64,000 nucleotides of DNA from an uncultured Syntrophobacteraceae bacterium (GCA_964404195.1 CAYOJC010000007.1:16772-80771), one strand, 5' to 3'. Counted from the stretch's first letter, positions 33,852-44,136 are shown. The notes: a model not told the origin generated them from the sequence alone. Program-made: numbers and translations.

Positions 33852-33863
33852 TTTGAAAAAAAC

Positions 33864-34868
33864 TCATAGAGACACGCTTCCATCTCCGATGTGATCGTTT
33901 GCCCCGGCACCGAGACGCGAATCTTCCGGGAAGAGCTTCCCCTGCCACGTGTCTCTTCTTTCCAGCTCCGTGTTGATCGCGTTGTGGACGCCGATTTTAT
34001 TGATCGACCACTCGGGCGCGAGGGTGAGATCGCGGTAAGTCTCTCCGCTGAAGCGGTGGATCACGATCTCGGGAGCGAGCCGCTCGAGAAAATCGATCGC
34101 GAGAGCGATGTAGTCCTCGCGGCTTAAGATCTCGAAGGCGCGAGAAAGATAAATCTCCTCCAGGACCGTGTTCTTGATGACGTGCAGGTTGTGCAGCTTC
34201 ACGCCGTCGATTCCTATCCGGTTCAGCAGCGACGGCGTTTGTAGGATTTCTTCGCAAGTTTCTGTGGGGAAGCCGAGGATCAAATGAGCGCACAGCCGAA
34301 GATCCCGGGATTTGCCGCGCTCGACCGCATCGATAAATTCCCTGAGACCGTGGCCGCGGTTCACCCATTGCAAAGTCTTGTCGTGCATCGATTCGAGGCA
34401 GAGCTCCAGCCAGAGATACGTGTGGCGCGCCAGATCGGCTATGAGCTCGAGGACGTCGTCCGGCACGCAGTCCGGGCGCGTCGAAATGGCCAGACCGGCG
34501 ACGCCGAGAAAATCCAGCGCCTCGCGATAAAATCGTTCGAGCTTCGTCAACGGCCCATACGTATTGCTGTAGCTCTGAAAGTAGGCGATGAACTTCTCGG
34601 TCCGGTGCCGCTTTCTCAGCGCTTCGGTCCCGCGCTCCAATTGCTCGGTCACGGACATGCCCGGGCGAAAGCCATCGGGCGTATGGCCCGCGTTGTTGCA
34701 GTAGATGCAGCCGCCGGTGGCGACCAGCCCGTCACGGTTCGCGCAGGTAAAATCCATTCTGAGGCCGACCTTGTACACGCGGCTTTGGAAAGTGTTCTTG
34801 AGGTTCGATTGGAACGAGTTGTAGCGCTTGCCGCCCCAATTATTTGTTAGCTGAAGAGGAAAGTTCAT
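33864..34868 (-). CDS. Radical SAM protein, TIGR01212 (YhcC-like) family
   Basis: KVGLRMDFTCANRDGLVATGGCIYCNN is the characteristic N-terminal Cys cluster region of this family. 334 aa. Confidence 0.88.
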   Translation of the reverse strand: MNFPLQLTNNWGGKRYNSFQSNLKNTFQSRVYKVGLRMDFTCANRDGLVATGGCIYCNNAGHTPDGFRPGMSVTEQLERGTEALRKRHRTEKFIAYFQSYSNTYGPLTKLERFYREALDFLGVAGLAISTRPDCVPDDVLELIADLARHTYLWLELCLESMHDKTLQWVNRGHGLREFIDAVERGKSRDLRLCAHLILGFPTETCEEILQTPSLLNRIGIDGVKLHNLHVIKNTVLEEIYLSRAFEILSREDYIALAIDFLERLAPEIVIHRFSGETYRDLTLAPEWSINKIGVHNAINTELERRDTWQGKLFPEDSRLGAGANDHIGDGSVSL

Positions 34869-34929
34869 GCGCCGCCAAATGAGGTAAGGAAACGGTTAAC
34901 AGACTGAGTTTCGTTTCTCAAGAGCGAGT

Positions 34930-35886
34930 TTATTTCTTCGACTCCTGTTTTTCCTCGGCGGCGAAATCGGCCGGCTGCTTGCGCAGCATCGGATAAAAAA
35001 TCTCGTCGATCGTGTACACGGCAGGGCTTCCCTCCGCCCTGGCGTAGTATCCGTCGGCGCTCTTGCCGCCGACCTGGAGCGCCGCCAGGTTTTTTCCGTC
35101 CTTGCCGTCGATAGAAATTTTGAGCGCGGGGCGATCGAGGCCGTATTTTTTGAGATCGGTAGGTTGGTCGTCGGCAAAGGTTTTCACCCTTAGTCGCGTC
35201 AGCGCCGCGAGGTACTCGCTCACCGCGTCGGCTCCGGCATTTCTTTTGACTGGCGCTTCGAGCGTCCACTGTTCTTTCTCGCCCTTGACGAGAACGAGAG
35301 CTTGCCCGGGTGGCATCTGAATCTCGACCTTGGTCGCTTGCTGCGCGGGAAACGTGACGATCGTCTTGTCTCTCAAATCGTTCGGCTGCTTCTCCAGCGC
35401 TAGCACGATCGAACCGTCGGTAAGATAGACCGTGGGATCGCTGCCGCGCCGGACGTATGCCGAATCGCCCAGCGGAGTTTTAGCGCCCACGGCGAAAGTC
35501 GGCAGGGTCAGGCCGTTCTTCAGCGTGATCGAGACTTTGATGGCAGGCGGCTCGAGGCCGAAGCTTTTCAAGTCCGCGCCGCCGGGTTTTTTCTCTAACG
35601 TTCTCTTGAGGTCGCTCGCGGCGAGCGCGGCGAGCAGGCTTCCGACGGTCGCGTCGTCCGCGTCGGCGCGCACGGGCTGGACGAGCTTCCATTTCCCTGA
35701 AGGATCTTTTTGGATTTGGATCGCCCGGTTGGGATAGGTGAGATCGATAGCCGCCGCTTCGTCCGGCTTGAAATCGAGCAGCTTCTCGATTTTTCCTTTG
35801 TCGCCTTTGGCAAGCTCGAAGAAATAAACGTAACCGCCCAGAGCGATCAAGAGGACGGCCAAGATGAGCGTTTTCAGCCGCCGCAC
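34930..35886 (-). CDS. DUF4340-domain protein (GldG-associated)
   Basis: N-terminal TM MRRLKTLILAVLLIALGGYVYF, and a conserved position downstream of a GldG-like gene. Confidence 0.7.
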   Translation of the reverse strand: MRRLKTLILAVLLIALGGYVYFFELAKGDKGKIEKLLDFKPDEAAAIDLTYPNRAIQIQKDPSGKWKLVQPVRADADDATVGSLLAALAASDLKRTLEKKPGGADLKSFGLEPPAIKVSITLKNGLTLPTFAVGAKTPLGDSAYVRRGSDPTVYLTDGSIVLALEKQPNDLRDKTIVTFPAQQATKVEIQMPPGQALVLVKGEKEQWTLEAPVKRNAGADAVSEYLAALTRLRVKTFADDQPTDLKKYGLDRPALKISIDGKDGKNLAALQVGGKSADGYYARAEGSPAVYTIDEIFYPMLRKQPADFAAEEKQESKK

Positions 35887-35890
35887 GTTT

Positions 35891-37432
35891 TTATCTCCTC
35901 CGCCACCATACGGAGAGACCGATGATGAGGAGGATTTCCGGGAGGATCAGAAAAGAGAGGTAGAATATCGCGGCGCCTTCTCCTTCGGTCAACTGGAGGC
36001 GCGAGGAGCGGACCGAGCGCGGCCGGATGGAGATCATCTCTTCCTGCCCAACCAGCCAGTTCGCCGCGTTGAGAAAAAAATCCCGGTTGAAGAAGATATT
36101 GATGTACCGGTTGTTGGCAAACGCGGCGCTTCCGACCGCCACCACTTTCGCCTCGCCCTCTTTCTCGATACCGAGTTTTTTGAGATTGGCGCTGACCGCG
36201 ACGGCGACCGAGATCGGCCCCTTCTTGTCCTCAGGTCCCAGAGCGGCCCTGCCTTGCTTGAAGATGCCGTTCACATCTTTCTCCGCCCAGCTCGTCGCGC
36301 TGGTCTGGGCCAGGGAGGTCGCTTCGAGTTTGTCTTTGCTTTCGTTGACGGGCTCGACGGACCGGACCAGTGGAAAGAGCGTGCGCTCTTTGAACTCGCG
36401 CGTGATCGGATGGGCCTTGTCGTAATTCTCCGCGATAGGCTCCACTCCCAGCGTGGGACCGGCGAAGAGGCGGATCTGCTGGTCCACGACGATGTCGTCG
36501 CCCACCTCCACGCCCCAGTTGCGGAGAAACGTCTTGAGGCTATCGCCGCCCGGCGAAGGCAGCAGCGCCAGGAGCCGGCCGCCGTTTTTCAAATAATCGT
36601 CGATCGCCTCGATCTCATGGTCGAGCAGCGGTTTTGCCGGCGCGGCCACGATGAGGAGCGAAGTTTCCGGCGGAACTTTCTCCTGCGTCGAGAGCAGGAA
36701 CTCCTTCACCTGATAATTTTCGTTCCCCAGGGCAGCTTTGGCCGCGGCGTACCCCTGCGGGGTTTCCTTGTCGTCGAGTTTCGGCTCGCCGTGACCGGTG
36801 AGGAACAGGACGTTTTTCTTCGTCGCCTTGGTGAGCTTGATGATCGCGTTGGTAACCCCCTCCTCGGTGTTGTCGGTGATGTTCGTGGATTCCTGCCCGT
36901 AGCTCAAGTGGAGCGTGTTCATCTGTTGGATCTTGAACTGCTTGGCCATTTCCGGATTCCGGTCGGGATCGACCGCGGTGAATTTAACCCGCGGCGACTG
37001 ATACGTGTAACTCTTGATGAGATCGGTCGCCTTGGGGTTCTCGCCTTTTTCAAAGAAGCCGTAAATCTGCAAATCCTGATCGAGCCCGCCGATCACCTTG
37101 ACGGTCTGTGGCGAGAGGCTGAACACTTTCCCCTCGGTGAGATCCCACCGATGGTGATAGCGGGTGTTGAGAAAATTGACGAGAACCAGGACGCCTATGA
37201 GAAGCAGGGAATAGATGACGGCGTTGAGCCCGTAGCGCGTCGAGCGGCGGCGCAGCGAAGCGGCCAGATTGCGCCCCTGAGTTACGAGATAGGCCGCGAG
37301 ACACAAGACGCCCAACGCCAGATGGATCAGGACGTAAGGATCCATTGCGTTGCCGGTGAAAATGAGGGCGATGAGACCGAAGACGGTGAGAACGATGCCG
37401 GCAATCCCGGAAATCTGTAGGATCTTTCTCAT
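35891..37432 (-). CDS. GldG-like ABC-type auxiliary component (ABC_transp_aux domain)
   Basis: 513 aa. N- and C-terminal TM anchors flank a large periplasmic domain. It lies downstream of the ABC-2 permease and ATPase genes. Confidence 0.8.
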   Translation of the reverse strand: MRKILQISGIAGIVLTVFGLIALIFTGNAMDPYVLIHLALGVLCLAAYLVTQGRNLAASLRRRSTRYGLNAVIYSLLLIGVLVLVNFLNTRYHHRWDLTEGKVFSLSPQTVKVIGGLDQDLQIYGFFEKGENPKATDLIKSYTYQSPRVKFTAVDPDRNPEMAKQFKIQQMNTLHLSYGQESTNITDNTEEGVTNAIIKLTKATKKNVLFLTGHGEPKLDDKETPQGYAAAKAALGNENYQVKEFLLSTQEKVPPETSLLIVAAPAKPLLDHEIEAIDDYLKNGGRLLALLPSPGGDSLKTFLRNWGVEVGDDIVVDQQIRLFAGPTLGVEPIAENYDKAHPITREFKERTLFPLVRSVEPVNESKDKLEATSLAQTSATSWAEKDVNGIFKQGRAALGPEDKKGPISVAVAVSANLKKLGIEKEGEAKVVAVGSAAFANNRYINIFFNRDFFLNAANWLVGQEEMISIRPRSVRSSRLQLTEGEGAAIFYLSFLILPEILLIIGLSVWWRRR

Positions 37433-37442
37433 AAAAGGCCGG

Positions 37443-38216
37443 CTAACTCTGGCGCGAGGACTCCACGGCGCGGTGGGTGAGGAAGAGACTCAAAACGATC
37501 AGGCTGAGAAAATAGACGATGTCGCGAGTGTCGATAATGCCTTTGACCATCTCGCCGAAATGTTCGACGACTGAGAGATATTTGAGCGTGTTTCCCAGCG
37601 CGAATCCGGTGGTTTCCGCCGGCCAGGAGATGACGTAGAGGAGCAGCAGAATGACGAAGCAAGTCACGGCGGCGACGATCTGGTTCTCGGTCAGCGACGA
37701 AGTGAGCAACCCCACCGAGACGAAAACCGCGGCGAGAAGGAAGAGTCCGAGATAACCCGCGGCGACGATCCCGAGCTCCGGGTTGCCGTAGAGCAAAAGA
37801 ATCGCCGGGTAAATTGCCGTGAGCAGGATCATCACGGCGAGGAACGCGAGGGCGCCCAAGAGCTTGCCCAGAACGATTTCGGTCACCCTGAGGGGCGAGG
37901 TCAGAAGCAGCTCGTAGGTTCCGCTCCTCTTTTCTTCCGCGAACGCCCGCATCGTGATGATCGGAATCATGATCACGAGCACGATCGTGAGATTGTGTAA
38001 GAGCGGCGCCATAACGTACTCGTTCAAGTTAAGACTCTGCAGACCTTCGGTGTTTTGCAGGCCGGTGTAAAGACTCAACATGTAAGTGAAGCGGAACAGC
38101 AAATTGAAGAAAAACCACCCGCCCAAGAGCAGAAAACCCGTGAGCACGACGTAGGCGATCGGAGAAAGGAAAAGAGAGCGGATCTCTTTCCCGGCAATGG
38201 TCAGAATGTTACGCAT
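37443..38216 (-). CDS. ABC-2 type transporter permease (GldF-like)
   Basis: 257 aa with about 6 TM helices. N-terminus MRNILTIAGKEIRSLFLSPIAYVVL. Confidence 0.85.
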   Translation of the reverse strand: MRNILTIAGKEIRSLFLSPIAYVVLTGFLLLGGWFFFNLLFRFTYMLSLYTGLQNTEGLQSLNLNEYVMAPLLHNLTIVLVIMIPIITMRAFAEEKRSGTYELLLTSPLRVTEIVLGKLLGALAFLAVMILLTAIYPAILLLYGNPELGIVAAGYLGLFLLAAVFVSVGLLTSSLTENQIVAAVTCFVILLLLYVISWPAETTGFALGNTLKYLSVVEHFGEMVKGIIDTRDIVYFLSLIVLSLFLTHRAVESSRQS

Positions 38217-38443
38217 GTTAGCTCGGATAATTCGCAGTTAAACATCCTCTCCGTAGGATACGTCTTCTTCCCCTGCGCCTCTTCCTTCGTGTGCTTCGTG
38301 TCCTTCGTGGTCAAAAAGTTTATCACCACGAAGAGCACGAAGGTCACGAAGTTTTTTAGTCCTCGCGCCAAGACGCAAAGAACGCTTTCCTTATCTAGAG
38401 TGTGTCGCAATCCTTCCTCGGTTGATGAGTAATCCAGGCCGGA
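38217..38443. mobile_element. 227-bp modular MITE-like repeat filling the ATPase-permease intergenic gap (short copy, reverse orientation)
   Basis: Its reverse complement is colinear with 46955-47057 plus 47267-47390. All modules are shared: gcctggatta.tcatc, gacacact.tagat.aggaaagcgttcttt, gcgcgagga.taaaaaac, the CTTCGTG hairpin, and cggagaggatgtttaac.g.gaattatcc. Confidence 0.85.
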
Positions 38444-39175
38444 TCAGGCGCTCGCTTCTTTGGACTCGACTTCTTTGGAAATATAGCGGAGAAAAACTTC
38501 TTCCAGGCTCGCGCCCTGAGCCAGCTCCTTCAAATTCTTTTCCACCACGACTCTGCCTTCGTTGATGATGACGACTTTGCCGCAAATCTGCGACACCTCC
38601 GGCAGGATATGAGTGGAAAGAATGACGGTCCGGTCGGCGGCCAGCTCTTTGATCAAGCCGCGGATCTCGATGATCTGCCTGGGGTCGAGGCCGATGGTGG
38701 GCTCGTCGAGGATGAGCACCGGCGGACTATGGATCAGCGCCTGGGCCAAACCGACGCGCTGCCGGTAACCTTTGGAGAGCCGGCCGACGATGCGCGAGGC
38801 GACCTCGGTGAGAAAACATTTTTCCAGCACTCTGTCCAGCGCCCCAGCGAGCTCGCTTCTCTTGACCCCTTTGATGCGCCCGACAAACTTCAAATAGGAG
38901 CTCACGGTCATGTCATGGTAGAGCGGCGGATTTTCCGGCAGGTAACCGATGCGCCGGCGGGCCTCGTGCGCTTCGGTCGAGACGTCGAATCCTTCCACGA
39001 CGGCGGTTCCTTCGGTCGCCGGCATGAAGCCGGTGACGATCCGCATCGTCGTCGTCTTGCCGGCGCCGTTCGGTCCGAGCAGTCCCAGGATCTCTCCCCG
39101 CTCGGCGGTGAACGAGACATTCTGGATGGCGCGAAATTCGCCGTAGTACTTCGTGAGGCCTCGCACTTCAACCAT
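38444..39175 (-). CDS. ABC transporter ATP-binding protein (GldA-like)
   Basis: Walker A GPNGAGKTT, signature LSKGYRQR, Walker B LILDEPTIGLD. Confidence 0.92.
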   Translation of the reverse strand: MVEVRGLTKYYGEFRAIQNVSFTAERGEILGLLGPNGAGKTTTMRIVTGFMPATEGTAVVEGFDVSTEAHEARRRIGYLPENPPLYHDMTVSSYLKFVGRIKGVKRSELAGALDRVLEKCFLTEVASRIVGRLSKGYRQRVGLAQALIHSPPVLILDEPTIGLDPRQIIEIRGLIKELAADRTVILSTHILPEVSQICGKVVIINEGRVVVEKNLKELAQGASLEEVFLRYISKEVESKEASA

Positions 39176-39363
39176 ATTAGATCAAACCATGTAAACGGTT
39201 GATCCCTCTTTGTCAAGAATTCATCCTCTGCGGCAGAGAACCTGCCCTCCCTTCGATAAACTCAGGGCGGTGAGGAGGCTCGAACCACAGCGGAAGCCGA
39301 TGGGTGTACCGGCAGTGGGGGAGTTGCCTAAGTCGCGTCTCAAAGGTTATCATCCCCTTCGAC

Positions 39364-39909
39364 ATGTTGAGAAAAATCTTTCCGCTATTATTCGTCGTTG
39401 TTTTAAGTCCCGGCTGCATGCCGGAACAGATCCCGAAAGAGGCGCTGCAATTGACGGAAGAAAGCCCCGCGCGGCGCAAGTTGGAAACCCGGCGCTTCGA
39501 AACCACAGACGAGCAAGCGCTGCTCGATGCGGCCGGCGCGGTTGTTAAAGCTCTGGGATTTACGATCGATGCCACCAGCAAAGAGCTGGGACTGATCGCG
39601 GGCTCGAAGAAGGAGTCGCCATACAACATCGGCGGAATGGCGACCTCGGCGGCGGTGGCCGTCATCAGCTCCGCGTTGAGCTTTCCGACCTCGATGCCCT
39701 ACAGTAAAGATCAGATGATCCGGGCGTCGGTGATCGCCAGACCTGCGGAAGACGGCAACAGCACTGCCGTGCGGATAACCTTTCAGCGGATCGTCTGGGA
39801 CACCGAAGGGAAAGTAGCCAAATCCGAGCTGCTCGAAGATCCCGCGGAGTACCAAGCTTTTTTTGAAAAGCTCGCCAAGGGGCTGGCTCTGGACGCGCAT
39901 GAGTTCTAA
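39364..39909 (+). CDS. Hypothetical lipoprotein (paralog 1)
   Basis: MLRKIFPLLFVVVLSPGC lipobox. It shares a RRFET.D..ALLDA...V...LGF.ID pattern with the next gene. Confidence 0.6.
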   Translation: MLRKIFPLLFVVVLSPGCMPEQIPKEALQLTEESPARRKLETRRFETTDEQALLDAAGAVVKALGFTIDATSKELGLIAGSKKESPYNIGGMATSAAVAVISSALSFPTSMPYSKDQMIRASVIARPAEDGNSTAVRITFQRIVWDTEGKVAKSELLEDPAEYQAFFEKLAKGLALDAHEF

Positions 39910-40336
39910 AATTCCGCAGGCACTCCTCGGCATCGGTGTTTGCTTGCATCTTCTTGTCTGCCTGAGCGGCTGCGAATACGCCGTACGCGACGCGGCGCCG
40001 GAACCCGAAAGGCAGCTCCAGCTGGCAAATATTCGTAGCCGTGCTTTCGCGACGGCCGACCGAGACGGGACGCTGCGCGTTATCGCGGCGACCTTACAGG
40101 ATTTGGGTTTTCACGTAGACCGCGCCGATTATGCTCTCGCTTCGGTCAGCGGGACGAAATTGGATCGTTATCTTCTTCGCTTGACCGTGACGGTCATTCC
40201 TCGGGGCACGACTCGGCTGCTGGTTCGAGCCAACGCCCGATACGACGTGACGCCGGTTTTAGAGCCGGAGCTGTACCAAAAATTCTTTGCCACGTTGTCC
40301 CATGCGCTCGTCCTCGAGGCGCAAACCGCCGATTGA
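39899..40336 (+). CDS. Hypothetical lipoprotein (paralog 2)
   Basis: LLVCLSGC lipobox. It overlaps the previous gene by 11 nt and has similar domain order (RSRAFATADRDGTLRVIAATLQDLGFHVD). Confidence 0.6.
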   Translation: MSSKIPQALLGIGVCLHLLVCLSGCEYAVRDAAPEPERQLQLANIRSRAFATADRDGTLRVIAATLQDLGFHVDRADYALASVSGTKLDRYLLRLTVTVIPRGTTRLLVRANARYDVTPVLEPELYQKFFATLSHALVLEAQTAD

Positions 40337-40421
40337 GAATCGGCTAAGTCTTTGCTCGGCCGACAATTCGGAAGTCCGCAGAAAATCAGAACCTTTTTTG
40401 CCTTTCCGGCGTTCATTTAGC

Positions 40422-40449
40422 TTGACAATAGAGGCCGAATCGCTATATT
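40422..40449 (+). promoter_or_regulatory. Putative sigma70-type promoter of the yceD-rpmF-plsX-fab operon
   Basis: TTGACA (40422-40427), a 16-nt spacer, then TATATT (40444-40449). It lies 30 nt upstream of the yceD ATG. Confidence 0.5.
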
Positions 40450-40478
40450 TTAATCTCGTCGTTTCACAATCCGGAACC

Positions 40479-41006
40479 ATGAAGATTTTCGTCGCACAGA
40501 TCGCTGAAACGCCTAAAGAACTGAGCTTCACCGAGGGGACCGAAGAGTTGGACCGGCTTTATGCCGGAGACGCCAGGGACTTTCACTTTCCCCGGCAGCT
40601 CGATGTCCAAGTAACCTATTATCGATCAGGAGCGGATCTGTTTTTTCACGGCCGGATCGGCGGGACCGTCGAAGGCTTTTGCAGCCGTTGTCTCAAAGAC
40701 TATTCGTTCCCGCTCAAGAAAGAGTTCGATTTCATCCTGGCGCCCGGCACGCGGTCTCCCAAGAGCAAGGAGCTGAATCAAGAGGAAATGGGGCTGAGTT
40801 TCTACAGCGAAAAAGAGATCGATCTCACGCCGTTTGTTCGGGAGCAGTTCTTGCTGGCTCTGCCGACGCGCCCGCTTTGCGGAGAAGATTGCCGCGGGCT
40901 TTGTCCGGGCTGCGGCGCCGAGCTCAACGAAGACTCCTGTCGCTGCTCTTTTTCCCAAGGCGACCCACGGGTGATGCTTTTCCGTGACATGAAGTTGCAG
41001 CAGTAG
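40479..41006 (+). CDS. yceD: YceD/DUF177 family protein
   Basis: C-terminal LCGEDCRGLCPGCGAELN...C.C motif, and a conserved position immediately upstream of rpmF. Confidence 0.8.
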   Translation: MKIFVAQIAETPKELSFTEGTEELDRLYAGDARDFHFPRQLDVQVTYYRSGADLFFHGRIGGTVEGFCSRCLKDYSFPLKKEFDFILAPGTRSPKSKELNQEEMGLSFYSEKEIDLTPFVREQFLLALPTRPLCGEDCRGLCPGCGAELNEDSCRCSFSQGDPRVMLFRDMKLQQ

Positions 41007-41072
41007 CCCACCGTCGATTTTTCAGGCCGTTCCTTCCGCCTCAGGCGGAAAGAAGAGAAGGGATATAAACAG

Positions 41073-41255
41073 ATGCCGGTGCCGAAGCGAAGAACTTCGA
41101 AGAGCAAAAAAAACAAGCGCCGATCCCATGATGCTCTAACTGCGCCACAGTTGAGCACCTGTTCCAAGTGCGGCGAAGCCGTGCTTCCTCATCGCGCCTG
41201 CCCGAGTTGCGGCCATTATCGCGGCAGGCAGGTGCTTCCGGTGGAAGAAGCCTGA
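41073..41255 (+). CDS. rpmF: 50S ribosomal protein L32
   Basis: MPVPKRRTSKSKKNKRRSH...CSKCGE...H.ACPSCG.Y. 60 aa. Confidence 0.95.
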   Translation: MPVPKRRTSKSKKNKRRSHDALTAPQLSTCSKCGEAVLPHRACPSCGHYRGRQVLPVEEA

Positions 41256-41268
41256 GTTCCCGCCTCCT

Positions 41269-42384
41269 ATGTTGAAGATTGCCGTTGACGCGATGGGCGG
41301 CGACCGCGCTCCAGATGCGGTCATCGAAGGAGCGCTGTTGGCTGCCGCAGACCTCGCCGTGCGCGTCGTTCTGGTCGGCGACAGAGAAATCATCGAACAG
41401 AAACTTTCCAAGCACGGCGCTCTGCGAGCCGCCGTCGAGGTTGTGCCCGCGGCCCAATCGATTGCCATGGATGAATCGCCCAGCGCGGCGTTGAGAAGGC
41501 GCGATTCATCGATGAAAGTAGCCTATGGGCTCATGAAGCAGGGAGAGGTCCAGGCGGTGGTCAGCGCGGGCAACTCCGGCGCCATGATGGCGCTCGGGAT
41601 GTTCGTCGTCGGCAATCTGCCGCAAGTGGACCGGCCGGCGATCCTGGTTGTGATTCCCACTCCCGGCAAGGGCACGGTGATTATCGACGCCGGCGCTAAC
41701 GTGGACTGTAAGCCGAGCCAACTGGTTCAATTCGGCCTCATGGGTTCCATCTACGCCGAACAGGTCTTAGGCGTTACCTCCCCGCGCGTGGGAGTGTTGA
41801 GCAACGGAGAAGAACAGGGCAAGGGAAACGATCTCACGCGCGCGACGAGCGAGCAGATTTCCGCCGCCCCGTTGAATTACATCGGCTACGTCGAGGGAGG
41901 GGATATCTTTAACGACAAGGTCGACGTCGTCGTTTGCGACGGCTTTACGGGCAACGTGACGCTCAAGACGATGGAAGGCCTGGCGGGTTTCATGATGCGA
42001 ACACTCAAAGGAGCGTTTCAACAAAGCGTGCTAAGCCGCGCCGGATATCTCTTGAGCCGGAGATCCTTGCGCCGCGCGTTTGTGCGCTTGGACCACACCG
42101 AATATGGGGGAGCGCCTTTGCTCGGTTTGAACGGGGTTGCCATCGTCGCCCACGGCGGCTCGGGTCCGAAGGAAATCAAAAACGCCATTCGTATAGCGCA
42201 GGAGGCGGTTTCACACGACGTCAATCGCCACATCATAGAGATGCTGGGAGAAGCCAACGACACACAGCCGGAGACAGCGGAAAAACTCCCGCGCAGGTTC
42301 TGGCAGCGAGTCAAATCAAAGTTCGGCGATAAATCGGCTTCCGAGGAAGTAAGAAAAGAGAGCAAAGGTGGAGGAAAAAGCTAA
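41269..42384 (+). CDS. plsX: Phosphate:acyl-ACP acyltransferase PlsX
   Basis: KIAVDAMGGD, VSAGNSGA and DGFTGN motifs, plus the rpmF-plsX-fab context. It has a ~30-aa charged C-terminal extension. Confidence 0.93.
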   Translation: MLKIAVDAMGGDRAPDAVIEGALLAAADLAVRVVLVGDREIIEQKLSKHGALRAAVEVVPAAQSIAMDESPSAALRRRDSSMKVAYGLMKQGEVQAVVSAGNSGAMMALGMFVVGNLPQVDRPAILVVIPTPGKGTVIIDAGANVDCKPSQLVQFGLMGSIYAEQVLGVTSPRVGVLSNGEEQGKGNDLTRATSEQISAAPLNYIGYVEGGDIFNDKVDVVVCDGFTGNVTLKTMEGLAGFMMRTLKGAFQQSVLSRAGYLLSRRSLRRAFVRLDHTEYGGAPLLGLNGVAIVAHGGSGPKEIKNAIRIAQEAVSHDVNRHIIEMLGEANDTQPETAEKLPRRFWQRVKSKFGDKSASEEVRKESKGGGKS

Positions 42385-43306
42385 GGTCGCCTTTGTTTTC
42401 CCCGGTCAGGGCTCGCAGTACGTAGGGATGGGGAAGGATCTCTACGAGCGATTCGACGCGGCCAAACGAATTTTCCTGGAGGCGGAGGAGGCTGCGCAAC
42501 TGCCTCTTCGTCGCCTCTGTTTCTCCGGTCCGGAAGAGGAGCTCAAACTCACCGAATATACTCAACCCGCTATTCTGACGGTCTCGGTCGCCGCCCTGCG
42601 CGTCCTTGAGGCCGAATTTTGCATTCAACCGCTGTGTGTCGCGGGCCATAGTTTGGGCGAGTACAGCGCGCTGGTCGGCGTTGGGGCGCTTGCCTTCGCA
42701 GACGCGGTCAGGGTAGTACGGGAGCGGGGAAGGTTGATGCAACAGGCCGTCCCTCGGGACACGGGCGCCATGGCGGTTTTTTTTGGCCTGGCCGCGGCGG
42801 AGGTGCAGCAAATATGCAACGAAGCCGGTAACGGCGAGGTCGTCGCCCCGGCAAATTTTAACGGCGCGGGACAAATCGTCATCGCCGGGGCGAAGGCGGC
42901 GGTCCTTCGGGCGATGGCGCTGGGCCGCGAGCGCGGCGCGAAAAGAGTGCTCGAGCTCCCGGTGAGCGCGCCGTTTCACTGCCCGTTGATGCTCCCCGCG
43001 TCGGAGGGATTGAAGAAAGTGCTGGACACGATCCAGATCAAACCTTTTTCCATCGGCGTAATCACCAACGTCGAGGCCGCGCTCAACCGGGATTCCACAA
43101 AGGTGAAATCTCTGCTGATCGAGCAGGCGGTGCGCCCGGTGCGCTGGGAGGAGTCGGTTCGATGCTTAGAGGAATTGGGCTGTGAGCGCGTCCTGGAAAT
43201 CGGGCCTGGAAAGGTCCTGAGCGGTCTGATCAAAAGAATCAGCCCGAAGCTCAAGGCGGACAATATCGAAACTCCCGAGGACTTGAAGAAGGTAAGTAAG
43301 CAGTAG
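42368..43306 (+). CDS. fabD: Malonyl-CoA:ACP transacylase
   Basis: FVFPGQGSQ and the GHSLGEYSAL active-site Ser motif. GTG start. It overlaps plsX by 17 nt. Confidence 0.93.
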   Translation: MEEKAKVAFVFPGQGSQYVGMGKDLYERFDAAKRIFLEAEEAAQLPLRRLCFSGPEEELKLTEYTQPAILTVSVAALRVLEAEFCIQPLCVAGHSLGEYSALVGVGALAFADAVRVVRERGRLMQQAVPRDTGAMAVFFGLAAAEVQQICNEAGNGEVVAPANFNGAGQIVIAGAKAAVLRAMALGRERGAKRVLELPVSAPFHCPLMLPASEGLKKVLDTIQIKPFSIGVITNVEAALNRDSTKVKSLLIEQAVRPVRWEESVRCLEELGCERVLEIGPGKVLSGLIKRISPKLKADNIETPEDLKKVSKQ

Positions 43307-43368
43307 GCAGAAAGCAGTAAGCAGCAAAGGATAACGGGCTTTATCCTGCTTACTGCATACTGCCTACC
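43293..43368. repeat. AGCAGTA/GGCAGTA-heptamer hairpin overlapping the fabD stop
   Basis: gtaagtaagcagtaggcagaaagcagtaagcagcaaaggataa / ttatcctgcttactgcatactgcctac. The arms are complementary and heptamer-periodic. Confidence 0.8.
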
Positions 43369-43389
43369 GGGATTTGGATTGAAGCAGGC

Positions 43390-44136
43390 GTGACTTTACA
43401 GGGTCGCATAGCCTTGGTGACCGGCGGGAGCCGGGGAATCGGCAGGGCCGTGGTCCTGGCGTTGGGACACCGTGGGGCGCGCGTCGTGGTCAATTACCGG
43501 GGCAACCATTCGGCCGCCGAGGAAACGCTCAGGCAGCTATTGGCGGCTGGGGGAAGCGGGGAGCTCTGCCCTTTCGACGTTTCCCAGGAGGCGCAGGTGG
43601 ACGAGGCGGTAAAAAAAATCGTTGACCAACACAAAAAAATTGATATTGTAGTCAACAATGCGGGCGTGACCTCCGACAATCTTTTAGTTCGGCTCAAGCC
43701 GGAGGATTGGGACCGGGTGCTCGGGATCAATCTCAAAGGCACGGTCCATTGCACCAAGGCCGTGTGTCGCGGCATGATTCGCGCGCGCTACGGCCGGATC
43801 ATCAACATGGCGTCCGTCGTGGGCCAAATGGGAAACGCGGGCCAGTCGGCGTATGCCGCTGCCAAGGCGGGGATAATCGGCTTCACGCGCGCGATGGCGC
43901 GGGAGCTGGCGTCTCGCGGAATTACGGTGAACGCGGTGGCGCCGGGCTACATCGACACGGAGATGACGGAGAAATTGCCGGGCGATCTCAAGGAGGAGTT
44001 CCTGAAGTCGATACCTTTGGGCCGGTTCGGTTCCGGCGAGGACGTGGCCGAAACGGTATCCTTCCTTGCGGGCCCCGGGGGCGGTTACATTACGGGACAG
44101 GTTATCAATGTTAACGGTGGACTTTTGATGGCGTAG
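43390..44136 (+). CDS. fabG: 3-oxoacyl-ACP reductase
   Basis: TGGSRGIG, NNAG and YAAAKAG (YxxxK) motifs. 248 aa. Confidence 0.93.
   Translation: MTLQGRIALVTGGSRGIGRAVVLALGHRGARVVVNYRGNHSAAEETLRQLLAAGGSGELCPFDVSQEAQVDEAVKKIVDQHKKIDIVVNNAGVTSDNLLVRLKPEDWDRVLGINLKGTVHCTKAVCRGMIRARYGRIINMASVVGQMGNAGQSAYAAAKAGIIGFTRAMARELASRGITVNAVAPGYIDTEMTEKLPGDLKEEFLKSIPLGRFGSGEDVAETVSFLAGPGGGYITGQVINVNGGLLMA

Noticed and set aside
40287-40478. The upstream part of ORF 40287..41006 (64 extra codons before the yceD ATG).
   Set aside because: It contains the putative promoter (40422-40449) and overlaps the preceding lipoprotein gene. The YceD family N-terminus begins at MKIFVAQI.
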